NCBI GenBank assembly: GCA_963693365.1
Contig: CAVNZM010000015.1
Location: 2,294,001 to 2,358,000 of the forward strand
Reading direction: 5' to 3'
From: Amoebidium appalachense
Lineage: Eukaryota; Protista; Ichthyosporea
DNA length: 64,000 nucleotides
The notes under the pieces are model-generated. The model searched no databases. It saw only the letters and a program-made list of their open reading frames with translations, and was not told the origin of the DNA. Positions 24,982 through 38,668 of this stretch are shown piece by piece. The stretch's first letter is position 1; every line of letters begins with the position of its first letter. Made by a program: the position numbers and the translations under genes.

Positions 24982-25327
24982 GTTGCGCACAAAAGTAGAG
25001 TGGTGGGAATAAACGTCTATATGTTAATAAAAAATCTTTATGCACGGCCGTGCAGACAGTGGTGGCAGGGTGTTGCAACAACTGAGGGGCAGCGCAAAGG
25101 AAACTTTATGAGAAAAAAAACGGTGGCAAACCGGGGCAAAGCGAGGATGTGTGTGCCTAGCTGGCAGAGTAAGCTATGTCTAACCGTCAGTGCACAAAAA
25201 CTAAATAAAACAGTGTATCTACCTTGCCTGTCTGAGAATCAGCACTACTAACATGGTATACAGCGAAAGTACGCCAGGCTCTATTTGACTTTTGATCGAT
25301 GTGAAGGTGACATCGCCCCCGGCCGCC

Positions 25328-25430
25328 TTTTATAGGCGGCGGAGCCTGTGGATGGTTCCGGAATGTTACCGTGACGTCACAGTCGAGCCGAATGGTCGCC
25401 AGTGATTGGCCAGCCAATCCGCCAATCGCA
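25328..25430 (-). promoter_or_regulatory. Putative Pol II promoter with TATAAAA, a CRE palindrome and CCAAT boxes
   Basis: TATAAAA is on the minus strand at 25328-25334, GTGACGTCAC at 25371-25380, and three ATTGG/CCAAT boxes at ~25404-25426. Confidence 0.6.
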
Positions 25431-26789
25431 TGCCGCCAGTCATCGCATCTGTTGTGCAACCAATGTACACGAAGCCAAGGCCAGATGGATATTGATTCAT
25501 GCACGAAAATAAAAAAGTACAGCATAATGTGAATGTAAGAGTGAAATGTGTACAGGCAATCATGACTAAATATGAACAGCTGCAGCTCATTAGGTGTAAC
25601 TTGTTGGGATAAAAGTACTGTGTAAAACCCTGTGATTTATCTATGTATGTACGTCGCACTCGGGTGGAAGTGCTATCGCAGGTCATGCAATACATTACAC
25701 AGGTACTGCTCACAAAGTTAACTACTGTAGCTACGCGTACGCACTGCTGTTGCCAGTCTGTTGTGTTGGTCTAGCTCAGCTACGAGTGAGCTCCATGGGT
25801 GCCGGTAGAGCACACATGCAGGTCGATATAATTTGTAAACAGCACCTTACTGGGCTAACGCATATGGCTTTAATTACCAATGATCCTGCTAGCCGGGTCC
25901 GCCATTGTAAAATAGCGCGTAACAATTGCAAGTCGTCTTTGTTGGTGTCCACTGCGTCGCGCGCTGTGTGTGTGTGTGTGTGTGTGCACGTGCTGTGTGT
26001 GTCACGGTGTGGTGTGTGTGTGCGCGCGCGCTTGCGGGCGTACGGCGTCGCGTGTGCGTGCGGCTGCGCATGCGCCTGTGTACACGTGTGCGTGTGTGAG
26101 CGCGCGTGTGCTTAGATATATACAAGGGGGTCCGGCTCGCGCGCGCAGCGCGCTCGCAGGCTGGTTGTGGAGGGAGATGTGGGGAGCTGATGTTTCCAAG
26201 GGTCGAAGTCACAGCCCCCGCCCCCCCCCCCCCCCCCCCCCCCCGCCCCCTCGAGACCCCCTCCCCTCTCTTTTCTTCTTCTCCCCCCCCCCCCCCTCCT
26301 CCTCCTCTCCCTCTTGCGCTTCCCCCCGAGCTCGAGATGGGGCAAAGATGCCCCCCACCCCCGCCCCCTCTCCCTTTGTCCCTCCCCCCCCCCCCCTCCC
26401 CCCCTGCCCCCTTTTTTGCCCCCCCCCCCCTCCCCTTTAAATTTCTCCCTTCCCCTCCCCCCCCCCCCCTCTCCCCCCCCCCCCCCCCCCCCATTCAAGG
26501 ATTTATTTGGGCATAGCAACTTGTTCAACAGTTATCAACAATGTATTTGGGCGTAGCATGCTAGGCATGCTTGGTATTGCAGTCACAACATTTTATATCA
26601 CATGGCTTTGACTTTCATTCTAAAACCCCCTGCCCCTCCCCCCCCTCCCCCCCCCCCCCCCCGGCATTGCAGTCAGAACAGTTTCAAATAACATGGCTTT
26701 AGGGCCCTTAACTCTCATTGTAAAACCCCCTTCCCCCCCCCCCCCCCCCTGGCCCTGCCTCCCACTAGCTTCCTGCGGCCACAGAATGG

Positions 26790-27225
26790 AAACAGTCACG
26801 TAGTTGAAGAGAACGTGGTGTGCTAATATTAGAGAAGCAAGGCAATGGCCCAAGGCAACATAAAGCTGACCGTGAGAAAACACAGGGGATCGAAGGTCAA
26901 CACCACATGCATCTAAAGTCTGGCCTTGAGCCTTGTTGATGGTAGTCGCATAGCACACGCGAAGTGGGTACTGCCGGCGGCTGATGGATGTGCCTTTCAT
27001 GACTTGAAGTTGAAAATTGATTCTTGGGATAAGGACAGTAGTGGTGCCACCTGTTAAATCTGTCACGCGCTCACACAAAAGGTAATGTTCATGGCAACCA
27101 CGAATGATGAGCTTTGTGCCGTTCACGAGTTGGTCATGAACTGAAAGATTACGCATGAGCATGACAACAGTTCCTATCTTAAGGTGCTTAAAAGAAATCT
27201 TGTGATCTGGGATGCCAGGAGCAGA
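26790..27225 (-). mobile_element. Helitron Rep/Hel PIF1-like helicase C-terminal remnant
   Basis: The translation PDHKI..LKIGTVVMLMRNL...LVNGTKL...VLIPRI...RRQYPLRVCYATTINKAQGQTL...GVDLRSPVFSHGQLYVAL contains the Helitron/PIF1 C-terminal motifs (TINKSQGQT, FSHGQLYVALSR). Similarity breaks after YVAL and the upstream frame is disrupted. Confidence 0.88.
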
Positions 27226-27969
27226 GGCGCATGAAATCGTCGGTAAAAACTTCAGCCCCGACTGGCCAGATGTGTACGTCTGATCTGTCTCCCCCGGACA
27301 AAGGAACCGTCCCCCTCTGACATACTTTTACTGGCAATAATTTTTGTTATTTAGTATCTGGTTTTGGAATTCACCTTGGCAAAGTATAGCCACCATATGT
27401 GGAGTACGAATTTCCATCCTCAGGCTGACCGTGACTGGTGACAGTGCACGTGATTCCAGATCAGCCAAACATTCATATATTTTGTCTTATTTTGATATGG
27501 CAAGTTCGAGCTCAACAATGTTAAGTTGGCAAGTTGATACACGTTGATGTTGGAAAGTTCGTCAACGAACTCAGCGCACCATACGTACACGTCAACACAG
27601 TCTGTGTGTTGGAAACGTGTGTTAATGCCCCCCCCCCCCCCCCCCCCCCCCCTTTCCCCCCCCCCCCCACCACCGTTTACCCCTGTGTCACACTAAACAC
27701 ACATGCACAGATTCATGTAGCTTCAACGCGCTTTACTCATAGGTGCAAAAAAAGCCCTGGGGCCTCCCCCTGCTGCCCTGGCCCCACCCCCCTTCCATAC
27801 CCCATCCCTAAAAAAAAAAAAAAAAAAAAAAAAAAGGGTTGGTCACGTTCTCCTTCCCCCGCCCCCCCCCCCCCCCCTCCCCCCCCCCCCCCCCCTCCCC
27901 CCTCCCCCCCCCTCCCCCCCTCCCCCCCCCCCCCTCCCCCCCCCCTCCCCCCCCCCCCCCCCCCCAAAA

Positions 27970-28006
<37 letters not shown>

Positions 28007-29391
28007 GGCACACACCCTGGTCCCTGCCGTGGTCGACTTTCCGTCCCCCCCCCCCCCCCCCCCCCCCCCTCCCCCCCCCCCCCCCCCCCCCCCCCCGCTC
28101 CCTGCCCCAGCCCCCCCCTCCCCCAAGTCTCCACCCCCCCCCCCCCTCTCCCCCCGGCCCCCCTCTTCCCCCCCGGCCGCCCCCCCATCTCTCCCCCTCC
28201 CCTTCCCAATGCTGAACCGCGTGGCCTGCCCCCTGTCCCCCCCCCCCCCCCCCCAGCCTTTCCAACCCCCCCCCCCCCCCCCCCAGTCCCCTTACCCCCC
28301 CCCCCTCCCCCCCCCCCCCCCCCCCCCCCGGGGCTCCCCCCCACCCCCCTCGGCCCGCAGTCTCCCCCCCCCCCCCCCCCCCCCCCCTCCTCCCTCCCCC
28401 TTTCCCTTTCCAACGGCTGCGGCCCACCGTGATCGTAAGTCGCGATCGGCGGCCAGGGCGGCCCCGACATTTACATGATTTCATGCCCCGTCACATCCCA
28501 GACCAGCATGATAGGCGTACGCCGTTTCAGATTATAGCGCTGAAGTGTTTTATTGACCCGGCTTCGAAAGTCCGCACTTGTGCCATGAGGTTTGAAATTG
28601 AGATCGTGGCACGCGATTACACACATTTCTTGGGCCGGATGCCGCACTAACAGAACACATTTTTTTCCGACAAATTTTGTCCGAGGGTCGCTTACGTGTA
28701 TGGTGCTATGGTGCGTTGTACAAGCCTCACCCTCAAAGTCTGTCACCCGGGCCACATACACTCATGGCACCATGCTCTGCACATACTTTTCGGGTGCACC
28801 CACCATGTTCCGACGGTGGCAACTTCAACTGACCGCGCATCGTGGAACACAGTCCGCGTTACCAATCAATTCCGCCCAACATAACCAAACATGGCTAGTA
28901 GGGGCAGGTCGGTGTTGTCACAGAGCCAATCCGTATCCAGAATCGGGCCATTCCAGCATACCACGCCGTGACACCACTTGAGCATTTGGACAAGGTAGGC
29001 TTATGTGGATGTTAAAAATTAGCACTCGAACAACATCATCAATACGAGTGCCTGCCCATGTGCATGGAGCACTTCCATGAACCCATGAACCATTGCACAC
29101 GTGTCAAGCTTGAACATGTACATTGAAAATGCGGGGCCGCACATGTACAAATATGCAACGGCCATGGGCAGCCAGCCTATTACTATGACGGCATATCTCG
29201 CCGCAAGGCCTCTTTCATCCATGCACATATGCAGCCTGCTGTTGCCCGGGCTGCAGCACCGCAACCACCCCGATGGCCTTGATGCCAGATGGCACCTCAT
29301 ACCCACACTGACATGGCAGCCCCCCATGCCCTCATGCTGTAAGATGCTACCACGGTGTGCCTGCACCGTGCGTTTTATTTGGGTCCTGGAC

Positions 29392-29844
29392 CTAGTGGCG
29401 GCCGGTGCGTGGGCGGGCGGCAGAGCTGCTGCGGTCCCTGTCTCTGCGGTCCTCTCTCTGGCCCTTTGGTTCCCTGTCCTCCCTCTGCATCTTGGGCTCT
29501 CGGTCTTCTCTCTGTGCCTTGGGCTCTTTGCTACGGAGTCGCTCCTCACCCCGCTCCACCTCCCGCTGCCGGCTGTCCCTGTCCCCCATGTCCCTTCGTG
29601 CCTCCCTCTCTGCCTCTTTGCGTGCCTCTCTGTCGTTCTCCTTGCGGCCCTCCCTGTCCCGTGATGGTGGTGGCGGAGTGGGTGCTGTGCTGTTGCTGCG
29701 GCTGCCCCTGGCCTTGCCCTGCCCCTGCTCCCATGAGCCCCATTCCCCTCCTCCGTCCATCCCGGGTGGCATCTGTGCACTCACCTTGCGCTCACTGTCG
29801 TCTGCGCTCTTGCGTGACGCTGTCCACACAAGTCAGCATCCCCT

Positions 29845-29876
<32 letters not shown>

Positions 29877-32800
29877 CCCCTCCCCTCTCCCTCCCTCCCC
29901 GCTAACCCACCTCTGTCCAGATCTGGGTCATCATCCTCCCGCTTGCGTTTTGGCTCACGGTCCTCCTCCTTGTCCTCCCCAATGCGCTCCTGCCTCCACC
30001 CATCAGCACACACACACAAACCTTGCAGCCAAGACTAATCTTCCCTGCTTCCCCCCCCCCCCCCCCCCCCCCCCCCAATAGGCACACATGCATATACCTT
30101 GCGTTTGCTGCGCTTCTCCTCTCGGTCAGGTTTGTCTTTTAGCTCACCCTGTCCCCCCCCCCAGTCAGCCAGCCACCCAGCAAGGGCCCACAACCACCCA
30201 GCACCCAACCAGTGCCCACCACCCCACCCAGCACCCACCTTGCCATGGTCGGCCTTTTCTACTCGCCGCCGCTTGGCATCTGCCCCCATGCCTCTGTCAG
30301 CATCCAACCTCCCCCCCCCCCCCCCCCCCCCCCCCCCCCAGTAGGCACATGCCCCTGTCGTGGTCCATCTCTGGCGGCTCTGCCTTTCTTGCTGGCTTCT
30401 GTTCGTCCCTGTCCCCCCCATTGCCCTGATCTCCATAGGGCGTGCGGCTGCCATCCGGATCCATCCGGGGGGACCGACCTGGAGATCTGCTGCAATCCGT
30501 CAGCAAAAGACCCGAGCCCCTCCACCCCTCTGGGAAGATAATCCAACACACCTGCTGGGACGGTCATCGCCATGTGGGGCCAGCTCTCCCCTGTTCCCCA
30601 AGTGCCTCGCTCTGAGCCTCTCCCCCCCCCCCCCCCTCTGGGCCATGCCCCCAGCCCACCTGTGTTGGTCTGGGGCGGAGCCACGGTCCTGCCTGCTGGG
30701 CTCGTGGCTGCGGTCTGGGTCCCTGCTGGGTGCCCTGTCTTGGGGGGGTGGGCGGTCGTCTGTGCGGGATGCGGGCCTGTCGCTGTTCTTTTGCTGCCTG
30801 TCTGGCTGCTCCTGGGGGGTGCCTGGCCCCCCCTCACCGGCCTCGCTGCCTGGCGGCTTTGCTGCTGGCCCCGTGTCAGCACATGGCCAGAGCTACATGG
30901 GCCACCATGGGCCAGGGCTGCAGCCACGCACCACCATTGGCTGTGGGGGCTGCAGGGCCGCTGATGGACTGGCTGCGCGATGGCGGTGGGATGTCGCCCT
31001 GCAAAAGCACAAAAAGGGTTAGGGTGGGGATGGGCCAGCAGCAGGGGCCATGGATTGGCATTTGTTTACCTTGAGGATGTAGTGGCCGGGCATGGTGCGG
31101 TACTTCTTGAGGTAGGCCAGCAGGCTCTGGGCCGTGGCCTTGACCAGCTCCTGGTCCTGCAGCGCGCTGACCTTGGCGTCCATGCTGCTGGCCATGCGCT
31201 CGTTGAGCGGGAAGTACTCGGCAATCTGCAAGGGTCAGCACCTGCATGCATGCCCCCACATGCCCCCGCTATGTGCCTACCTCCTTGAGCACCAGCAGGG
31301 TGTTGCGCACCACATAGCTCTCCTTGGCCTCCAGGCTGGCGCTGATGTGCTGTGCCAACAGCCTTGGTCGGCCACACCATACACAACAAACAACACAGCC
31401 TTCAACCCCCCTGCCTGCCTCCCAGCACAAACACACACACACACACTAAACAAAAGCAAAGACCGAGGCACGTACGGGATAAAGGATCTTGTTGTGCCAC
31501 AGGCGGAACAGGCGCATATAGTCGCTGTGGCCGGCCTGCACCGTGCCCACTGCGTCCTTCTTGACCAGCCGCTGCGGCACCACACTGCCCGGTGTGCCCG
31601 CCACCTCCTGCCCAACTGTCAGAACCCCCATGCAACCCCCCATCCCCAGGGCCAGCCACGCACCGCATTGTACAGGGTCTCGCTGGTGTACCAGCTAGTT
31701 GCCATGCCCAGCATGGCCCCCAGGAACCGCCCTGCACCAAAGCCCTACCAGTCAGCACCAACACATCAAGGCCCCCAGTCAGCACCAACATGTCCATCCC
31801 CATCCCCTGCACTTACCGTAGCGCTTTGCCTCAGGGTCAGTGAAGTAGACCAGGCTGGGCCGCACATCTCTGAAGAGCTGCAGGGTTGTCAGTGGCTGCT
31901 GGCTGGTGCGGGGGCCCAGGGGGCATGCAGGGTACCTGGTAGAGGAAGCACACGGTGCTGAAGCCAGGGGTGCGCAGGGCATGCATGGTGCGCACAAACT
32001 CAGCCGCATAGGCGCTGTCCAGAGGGCTGAACATGCGCCGTGGGCCCACACACAGCTCCACAAACGCACTGGCCGCCTCCATGGCCCGCCCTGAGACCCC
32101 CCTCAGTCTTGCACCCCAATAGCCCCCCCATCCCCTGCGGGTGCACACCGTCCTGGATGACGCTGTCTGTGAACCACGTGGGGGCCTCCTTCCTCAGGCG
32201 GCCCATGACTCTCTTCTGGTGCTCCTCGTGCTCCACCATCTGCAAACACTTACTCAGTACACCCCCCCCCCCCCCCCCCTTCTTCCCCCCTGCCTGGCAC
32301 GCACCTCTGCCTTGAGTGCATCGTATGTGGCCTTGGCCTCCCGCTGCTTGCGCCCACCATCCTGCCTCCCCCAGTCAAACTGGGCCCTATGTGCCTACCC
32401 CAGCACCTTGTCAGTCTACGAGCAGGGCCAGGCACGCACCTGGTCCTGAGCCAGCGCATCCAGCTCGGCCTTGAGCCGCTGCAGCCCGGCCTCGTAGCGC
32501 TCCTGTGCTGCATGTCAGAACCATGTGCCAGTGCCCAGCATGCCAGTGCCCAGCCAACCAGTGCCCAGCATGCCAGTGCGCAGCATGCCACGTGCCTTGG
32601 GGCAGTGCAGGTCGTACATGGCCAGGGACCAGCACGTCGTGAACAGCCGTGGCCTGCAAACCCCGTCAGCAACCACCCCTTTTACTCCCCCCCCCCCCCC
32701 CCCACCCTGGCACGCACGTGACCAGGTCCCACTGGCCGGGCCGCATGGCCACCAGGTCTGTGATGGGGCCCATGATGTCGGCCACGGCCTGCGCATATGC

Positions 32801-34161
32801 CTGCAGCCCGCTTAGTGCCTGCCTCACAGCCAGCCACCCCCCTCCCCCTCCCACCCACAGTCACACACCCTCACCTCCGTCTTCATGGTGGGCCCCTTTG
32901 CATCCGTGCTCAGCACTATGTCTCGCTCCTGTCCCCCCCCAGCCCTGCATAAGTCCCAATCCTCCCCCCCTCCTTCCACCCCATTATGCCTCCAGCACCT
33001 TTATTTTGCGGGCAAACACGGGCCTGGATAAGTGGAAGGCCGCATCGTCTGTCAACCCATAGTCCTCTAGCAGCTGCACACAAAGTCAGCAACCCCCTCG
33101 ATAATCAACCCCGCATAGAGGCCCCCCACCCAACTCCCCCCCACCTGCTGCATATCTGGCAGCATGGCCTCATAAGTTTCGCTCTTAGTGTGCAGGCGCA
33201 CAAACTCGGCTAGCTGCATGAAGGCCTCCTGGCACTCGTCCAGGGTGCTGCTGCATGCCACCACGTCCTTTGCTGCAAACTGGTCCTTGGGGTATGTGCG
33301 CCGGGCCCTGGTCTGTGCCAGCGCCAGCAGCGCCGGCACGGCCATGGGGGCCAGGGCATCCTGCAGCTGTGCCGTGGCGCGGTCCAGGTTGCCGGCCTGC
33401 ACGTAGCTGGCCTGGGCCCTGAGGGCCGGCCCACCGGCCATGGCATCCAGCATGTCCGGGCCCATGTTCTCCGTCACCTCCAGCCCGGCCATCTTGGTGA
33501 TCATCTCCCGCAGCACCACAAGCTCCTCCTGCGACCCCTCCCCTATCCGCGCACACACGTACTGCACACCATTCCGTCAGCACCCCACTGTGCCCTCTGC
33601 CTCCCCCCCTCTCACCACCACTACCCACCGTCAGCAGGCCGGCCGTCTCCACGTTTGGATAGCGCCGCAGGAATGTGGCTGCAAGAACCGCCATGCCTGC
33701 AGTTCAAGGGGGTCAGTATCTCCCCCGCCCTCCACCCATCCACCCACCCACACCTACTCTTCTGCAGCTGGCTGCGCCTGAATGGGTTGTCCTTGTATGT
33801 GGTGCCCAGCTTGGCCATGGCCTCGACCAGGCAGACTGCAACACCCAGTCAGTGCTGAACCACAGGGGAGGGTGGAGGGGGTGGCAAGGACTAACAGACA
33901 AAGACGTCACGGGCCATGTTAGCCAGCAGGCGGAAGGCATCGACCAGCACCTGGATCCAGTTGTCGAAGTTCTGTGCCCACCGTCAGCACCACCCACCAT
34001 GCTGCCCCCCAGGCCAAGGACACACACGGCCACGGTGTAGCACAAGTAGTCAAACACAGCCCCGGGGTTGCTGTGCGTCAGCTTGCACAGAAACTTGGCT
34101 GCCCCCTTCACGTCCTCCGCCGTCACCCGCCTGCCCTCCCCCCCCCCCCCATTCAGCCCCT

Positions 34162-34205
<44 letters not shown>

Positions 34206-37200
34206 TTTTAGGGCACACACTTGAACTTTGCGCTGACCAGCACGGTGGCCATGGCCCTCTCGACGGGCAGTAGGGGGTGGACAAGGGCCGTGCTGGCCAC
34301 ATCACCGGCAAAGAAGCTCAGGGCCTTTGGGGGCTCCTCGAAGGCGTAGTTCTTCCACAGGGCATAGAGCAGGTAGCGCTGGCGCCACGGCAGCAGGGCG
34401 ATGGCCCCCCACAGCTCCTCGACCATGTTTGGGTTGCAGGGCAGCAGCACCAGTGCCGGCAGCAGCGCCCCCCCCAGCACGTCCACATAGCCAGCCACCA
34501 GGCCCTTGTCCCGCACGGCCTCCCGGCCCAGCCTTGCCAGCTTGCCCACCAGCACGGGGTCAATGTGCACATAGGCGCCAAGCAGCAGCACCATGGGGAA
34601 CACCCTGCCGTCCTCTCTCAGCAACAGCCCCCAGCCCTCCCCTCCCCTCCCCCCCTCTTCACCCCCCCCCCCCCCCCCCCCCTTCGCCCCCGGGGCCCTA
34701 CGTCTTCTGCAGGTCAGCCAGCTGCTCGCACACCACCATGCCTTTGCTGCGGCGCCTAATGACATCTGCAGGGCCCTGTCAGCAATGTGGCCCCCTGCCT
34801 GCCCCTGGCCCTACCTGCCCACCCACCCAACTGCGTCTGGATCTCGGGTGGTGTTGAGCCCCGGCCAGCCTTCCTGCACACACGTGTCAGCTACTGGCTT
34901 GGCAGGCAGGTGCCGGGGGGGGGGGGGGGGGGGAGGGGGGAAGGACGGACTTTCTGTAGATGGGCTCGATGAGGGCGTGCAGGGTGTTGCACAGGGCGCG
35001 GGTGCATGGCGGGTAAGTGGGCAGCAGCCACTGAGGCAGCATGGCGGCCAGGCGCTGGGCGGCGGCCCAGTTGTGCTGCTCCAGCAGGGCCAGGCCAAGC
35101 TGCACCTTCTGGTTGCTGCCCAGCCCCTCGGCCCGCACGGCCATGGCCCGCAGGTGCTCGGCCCGGATGTCCCTCTTGACGTCCTCCATGCTGCGCTGGT
35201 CCGTCTCGTCGCTGCGCAGCTGCAGCACAACCAATCAGCATGCAGCACAACCAATCAGCATGCAGCACAACCAATCAGCATGCAGCACAGCAAATTAGCA
35301 TGCAGCACAACCAATCAGCATGCAGCACAACCAATCAGCATGCAGCCACACAGGCCTTAAGGCATGCAGCCACACAGGCCCAGCCACAGAGCGCACTGCC
35401 AGAGCTCAGCCTTATCTGGACCCCGTAAATTCAAATCGATAGTGCAAGTGTTCGGCCCGCATTTAGCCAGGCACGCAACCACCCATATTCCAGCCAAGCA
35501 CGCAACCCCCCGTATTGCAGCCAAGCACGCAACCATCCATAATCCAGAAAGGCCCACGCACCGTGCCTGTCTTCTGGATGCTGGATGCGGCCTTGGCCAC
35601 GGCCTGCCTCATCTGCCTGTCCTCGGCCACCATCTCGGCCATGCTTGGCTGCAGCTGCACCCCCCTTATCAGCCCTGCACTATGCACCAAACCCCCCCCC
35701 CCCCCTACATTGGGCATGATGTCCTCCAGCTCGACCATGTCTGCCCCCACCAGTGCCGCCACCACCCGGAAGAATGCCTGCGGCACGGCCCCCCTGCAGC
35801 CTGCACCCCCCCCGGTTAACCCCCCCCCCCCCCCCCACACACACACACCCACCCACCCACGCAGTGCAACCCCCCCACCTGGTAGTGGGCCAGCTTGAAG
35901 TGCAGAAGGCGGGCCAGTGCGCCCTTGCGGGGCTGCAGCCTGGCCAGCAGGTCCACATAGTGGCTGCTGCGCCGCTCCCGCTGTGCCAGCCGCGCACGCT
36001 CCGCACTGCCCTCCCCGTACCTGTGCCCATATGCTCAGATCCCATCGTCTCCCCCCCCCCCCCCCCCCCCCCGGTGTGCACATACGCCATCTTTGCCTCG
36101 AAGACATCCAGGATGATGTCGGCCACCCTGTTTGGGTCCAGCTCGAAGTACCCTGCAGCCCTGTCAGCACCCACCTACGCCCCAGCCAGCCAGGCCACGT
36201 ACCCATGAATGCCAGCAGGCTGTCGTATGTGGCCTGGCCCTGGTCTAGGCCCACGTCCTGCGCCACCAGCGTCACCAGCTTAGCATAGCCCTCGGGCGCC
36301 TCCCGCAGCAGATTGTATTTGCTCTGCCGGTACCTGCATGCCCCATGATTACCTGTTAACCCCCCCCCCCCCTCCCCCTCCCCCCCCAGGAGCCAGGACT
36401 TACTGCTGCTTTGTGCGTGCACGTGTGATTGCCTTCTGGAAGTCCACGGTGTGTGTGGGTCTGTTGTTTGCATTGCCGGGCAGGGGGGCCAGGAAGCCGG
36501 GCTCCAGCACCCGCATGGCCGGCTCGACCCGCACCACCTTCCTGACCTGCCACACAGTAGGAGGTCAGCTCAAGCAGCCAATGCCCATACCAAGACCTCC
36601 TCCAAGCCACCAACCGGATCATAAACCCCTGCTTCTTCTACTCCAACCAGATCATAAACCCCTGCTTCTTCTACTCCAACCGGATCATAAATAAACCCCT
36701 GCCCCTTCCACTCCAACCAGACCATAAACCCCTGCCCCTTCCACTCCAACCAGACCATAAACCCCTGCCCCTTCCACTCCAACCAGACCATAACCCCCTG
36801 CCCCTTCTACTCCAACCAGACCATAAACCCCTGCCCCTTCTACTCCAACCAGACCATAAACCCCTGCCCCTTCTACTCCAACTAGACCATAAACCCCTAC
36901 CCCAACCAGACCATAAACCCATGCCCCTTCTACTCCCCTCTTCCCTGCCACAGAAATGGCAGCTACACACTCAAGATCCCCACCCACCCTCTGCCTCTCG
37001 ACACACCAGCAACCACACAGCCCATCCTCTCACCTCCTTTCCCCGATGCACACCAAGAACCATTCCCTCCCCCTCTTCCCCCCCCCCCCCCCCCCCCCCC
37101 CCCCCCACACACACACAGACCAGTGACCATAGGCCCACCTGGCCCTACGTACTTAACCCCCTTAGCCCCCTACTTAAGTCTCGAGCCTATATCCTTCTCC

Positions 37201-38321
37201 CTCCACAACCCATACCAATCCACGATCGCCAGCATACATAAGCTCTCTCTCTCCTCCCCGCATAGCACCATCCTCCCTACACTAAAATGCAACCCCCCCC
37301 CCCCCCCCCCTTCACCAAACACACAACCCTCCTTCACCAGGAAGCCCTCATCTCAGTATATTACACAATGCCCCCCCCACCCCCCATCCCCAGCCCATCA
37401 TCCCAATCAAACTGCACCACCCCCTCCCCCCCCACCAGCGCACGTAAGCTCCACCCACACCAGCACGCTCACACACTCGAGGCTCCGCCCTTCTCATTAG
37501 GACACACGAGCCTCTTCCTCTCTCAGCACGCATAAGCCTATGCCTCCCCCCCCCCGCCCCCCCCCTGGCCCCCCCTTCCCAGCACAAAACATCCCCTGAT
37601 TCACCAGCACACATACACGCCTCACCTCACCAGCAAAACAAGCCCTACCTTCTCAGCCCACCAGCCCAAATAAGCCCATGTACCCACCAGAACAGATACA
37701 TACCCCTCTGCTCCCATACACACAGATGCATGGGGGTTCCCTTGCTCCCAACATAGGCCCCACAGAAGCCCCCCCCCCCACCCCCCTGCTACCTTCACCA
37801 ACATACAATGGCCCCACTAGCCACTCCCCCCCCCCCCCCCCCCCCCCAACCAGCAAGCATAACCTCTCCCCTCAACCAGGATACGTACATGTCCCCGACC
37901 AGCATATACACACACCCTCGCCCACCAGCACAAAGTACCCCCCTCCTTCCCCCCTCCCTCACCAGCACCCATAAACCCCCCTCACCAGCACCCATAAACC
38001 CCCCTCGCCAGCACCCATAAACCCCCCCTTACCAGCACACATAAACCCCCCCTCACCTGCACCCATAAACCCCCCTTACCAGCATTTGCCGGCCTAGTGT
38101 CTCGACCAGCTGCTGGCCTTTGCCCTCCGTCTCCAGCTCTGTGCCGCTCTGTCAGCCCCTCCCCCCTCCCCCTCCCCCTTACATATGCACACACCCCTCT
38201 TCCCCTCCCTCCCCCCCCCCCCCCTTTTCCTACGCACCCAGCAGACTCAGGACGTCCATCAGCACCTCCTCGGCATCATCCATTCCTTCCCCTCCCTGTG
38301 CAAACCCCCCTCCGGTCAGAG

Positions 38322-38362
<41 letters not shown>

Positions 38363-38668
38363 AAAAAAACAAAACAAAAAAAAACAGGGTCTAAGGCACG
38401 GACCCAGCCAGCACTAGCCAGGGCATCGACCACCGTGGCCGGCTGCAGGGTGCCCTGGACGACCAGGTAGCAGGCACCGTACAGCAGCCGGGCCAGCCCC
38501 CTGCTGTTCCCACTCGCCCGGAACTCCTTGAGTGCCTCCAGCCTGCGCACCTCCCAGTCAGCCCCCCTCATCCCTTGCCTCCGCCTGTACCCCCACCGCT
38601 ACTCACAGTTTTGGCTGGCCGGTCTCCTGCCATGTTGCGTCGGTGACGCCGGCCCAGTCCGGCCCCAT
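29392..38668 (-). CDS. THOC2: THO complex subunit 2 (Tho2/THOC2), many exons
   Basis: The spliced N-terminus reads MGPDWAGVTDATWQETGQPKL|LEALKE...LYGACYLVVQG. Further motifs are YRQSKYNLLREAPEGYAKL, GYFELDPNRVADIILDVFE, WRQRYLLYALWKN, KLTHSNPGAVFDY, WSLAMYDLHCP and RRMFSPLDSAYAAEF, followed by an R/E/D-rich C-terminal tail. Confidence 0.93.
35220..35345. repeat. 20-bp tandem repeat (~6 copies) at a THOC2 intron 3' splice site
   Basis: Units read TGCAGCACAACCAATCAGCA on the plus strand. Confidence 0.9.
36612..36935. repeat. ~33-bp minisatellite (CCAACCAGACCATAAACCCCTGCCCCTTCTACT) in a THOC2 intron
   Basis: About nine degenerate units are visible. Confidence 0.85.

Noticed and set aside
27620-28420. 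Poly-Pro/Gly/Lys ORFs here, and HT/VC-repeat ORFs elsewhere in the ORF track
   Set aside because: They are translations of homopolymer and (CA)n tracts, and some of this sequence may be low quality.
37878-37884. GTATCCT on the THOC2 sense strand as a U12 GT-AG donor
   Set aside because: It lies deep inside an intron, away from any exon boundary, and is followed by G rather than T.
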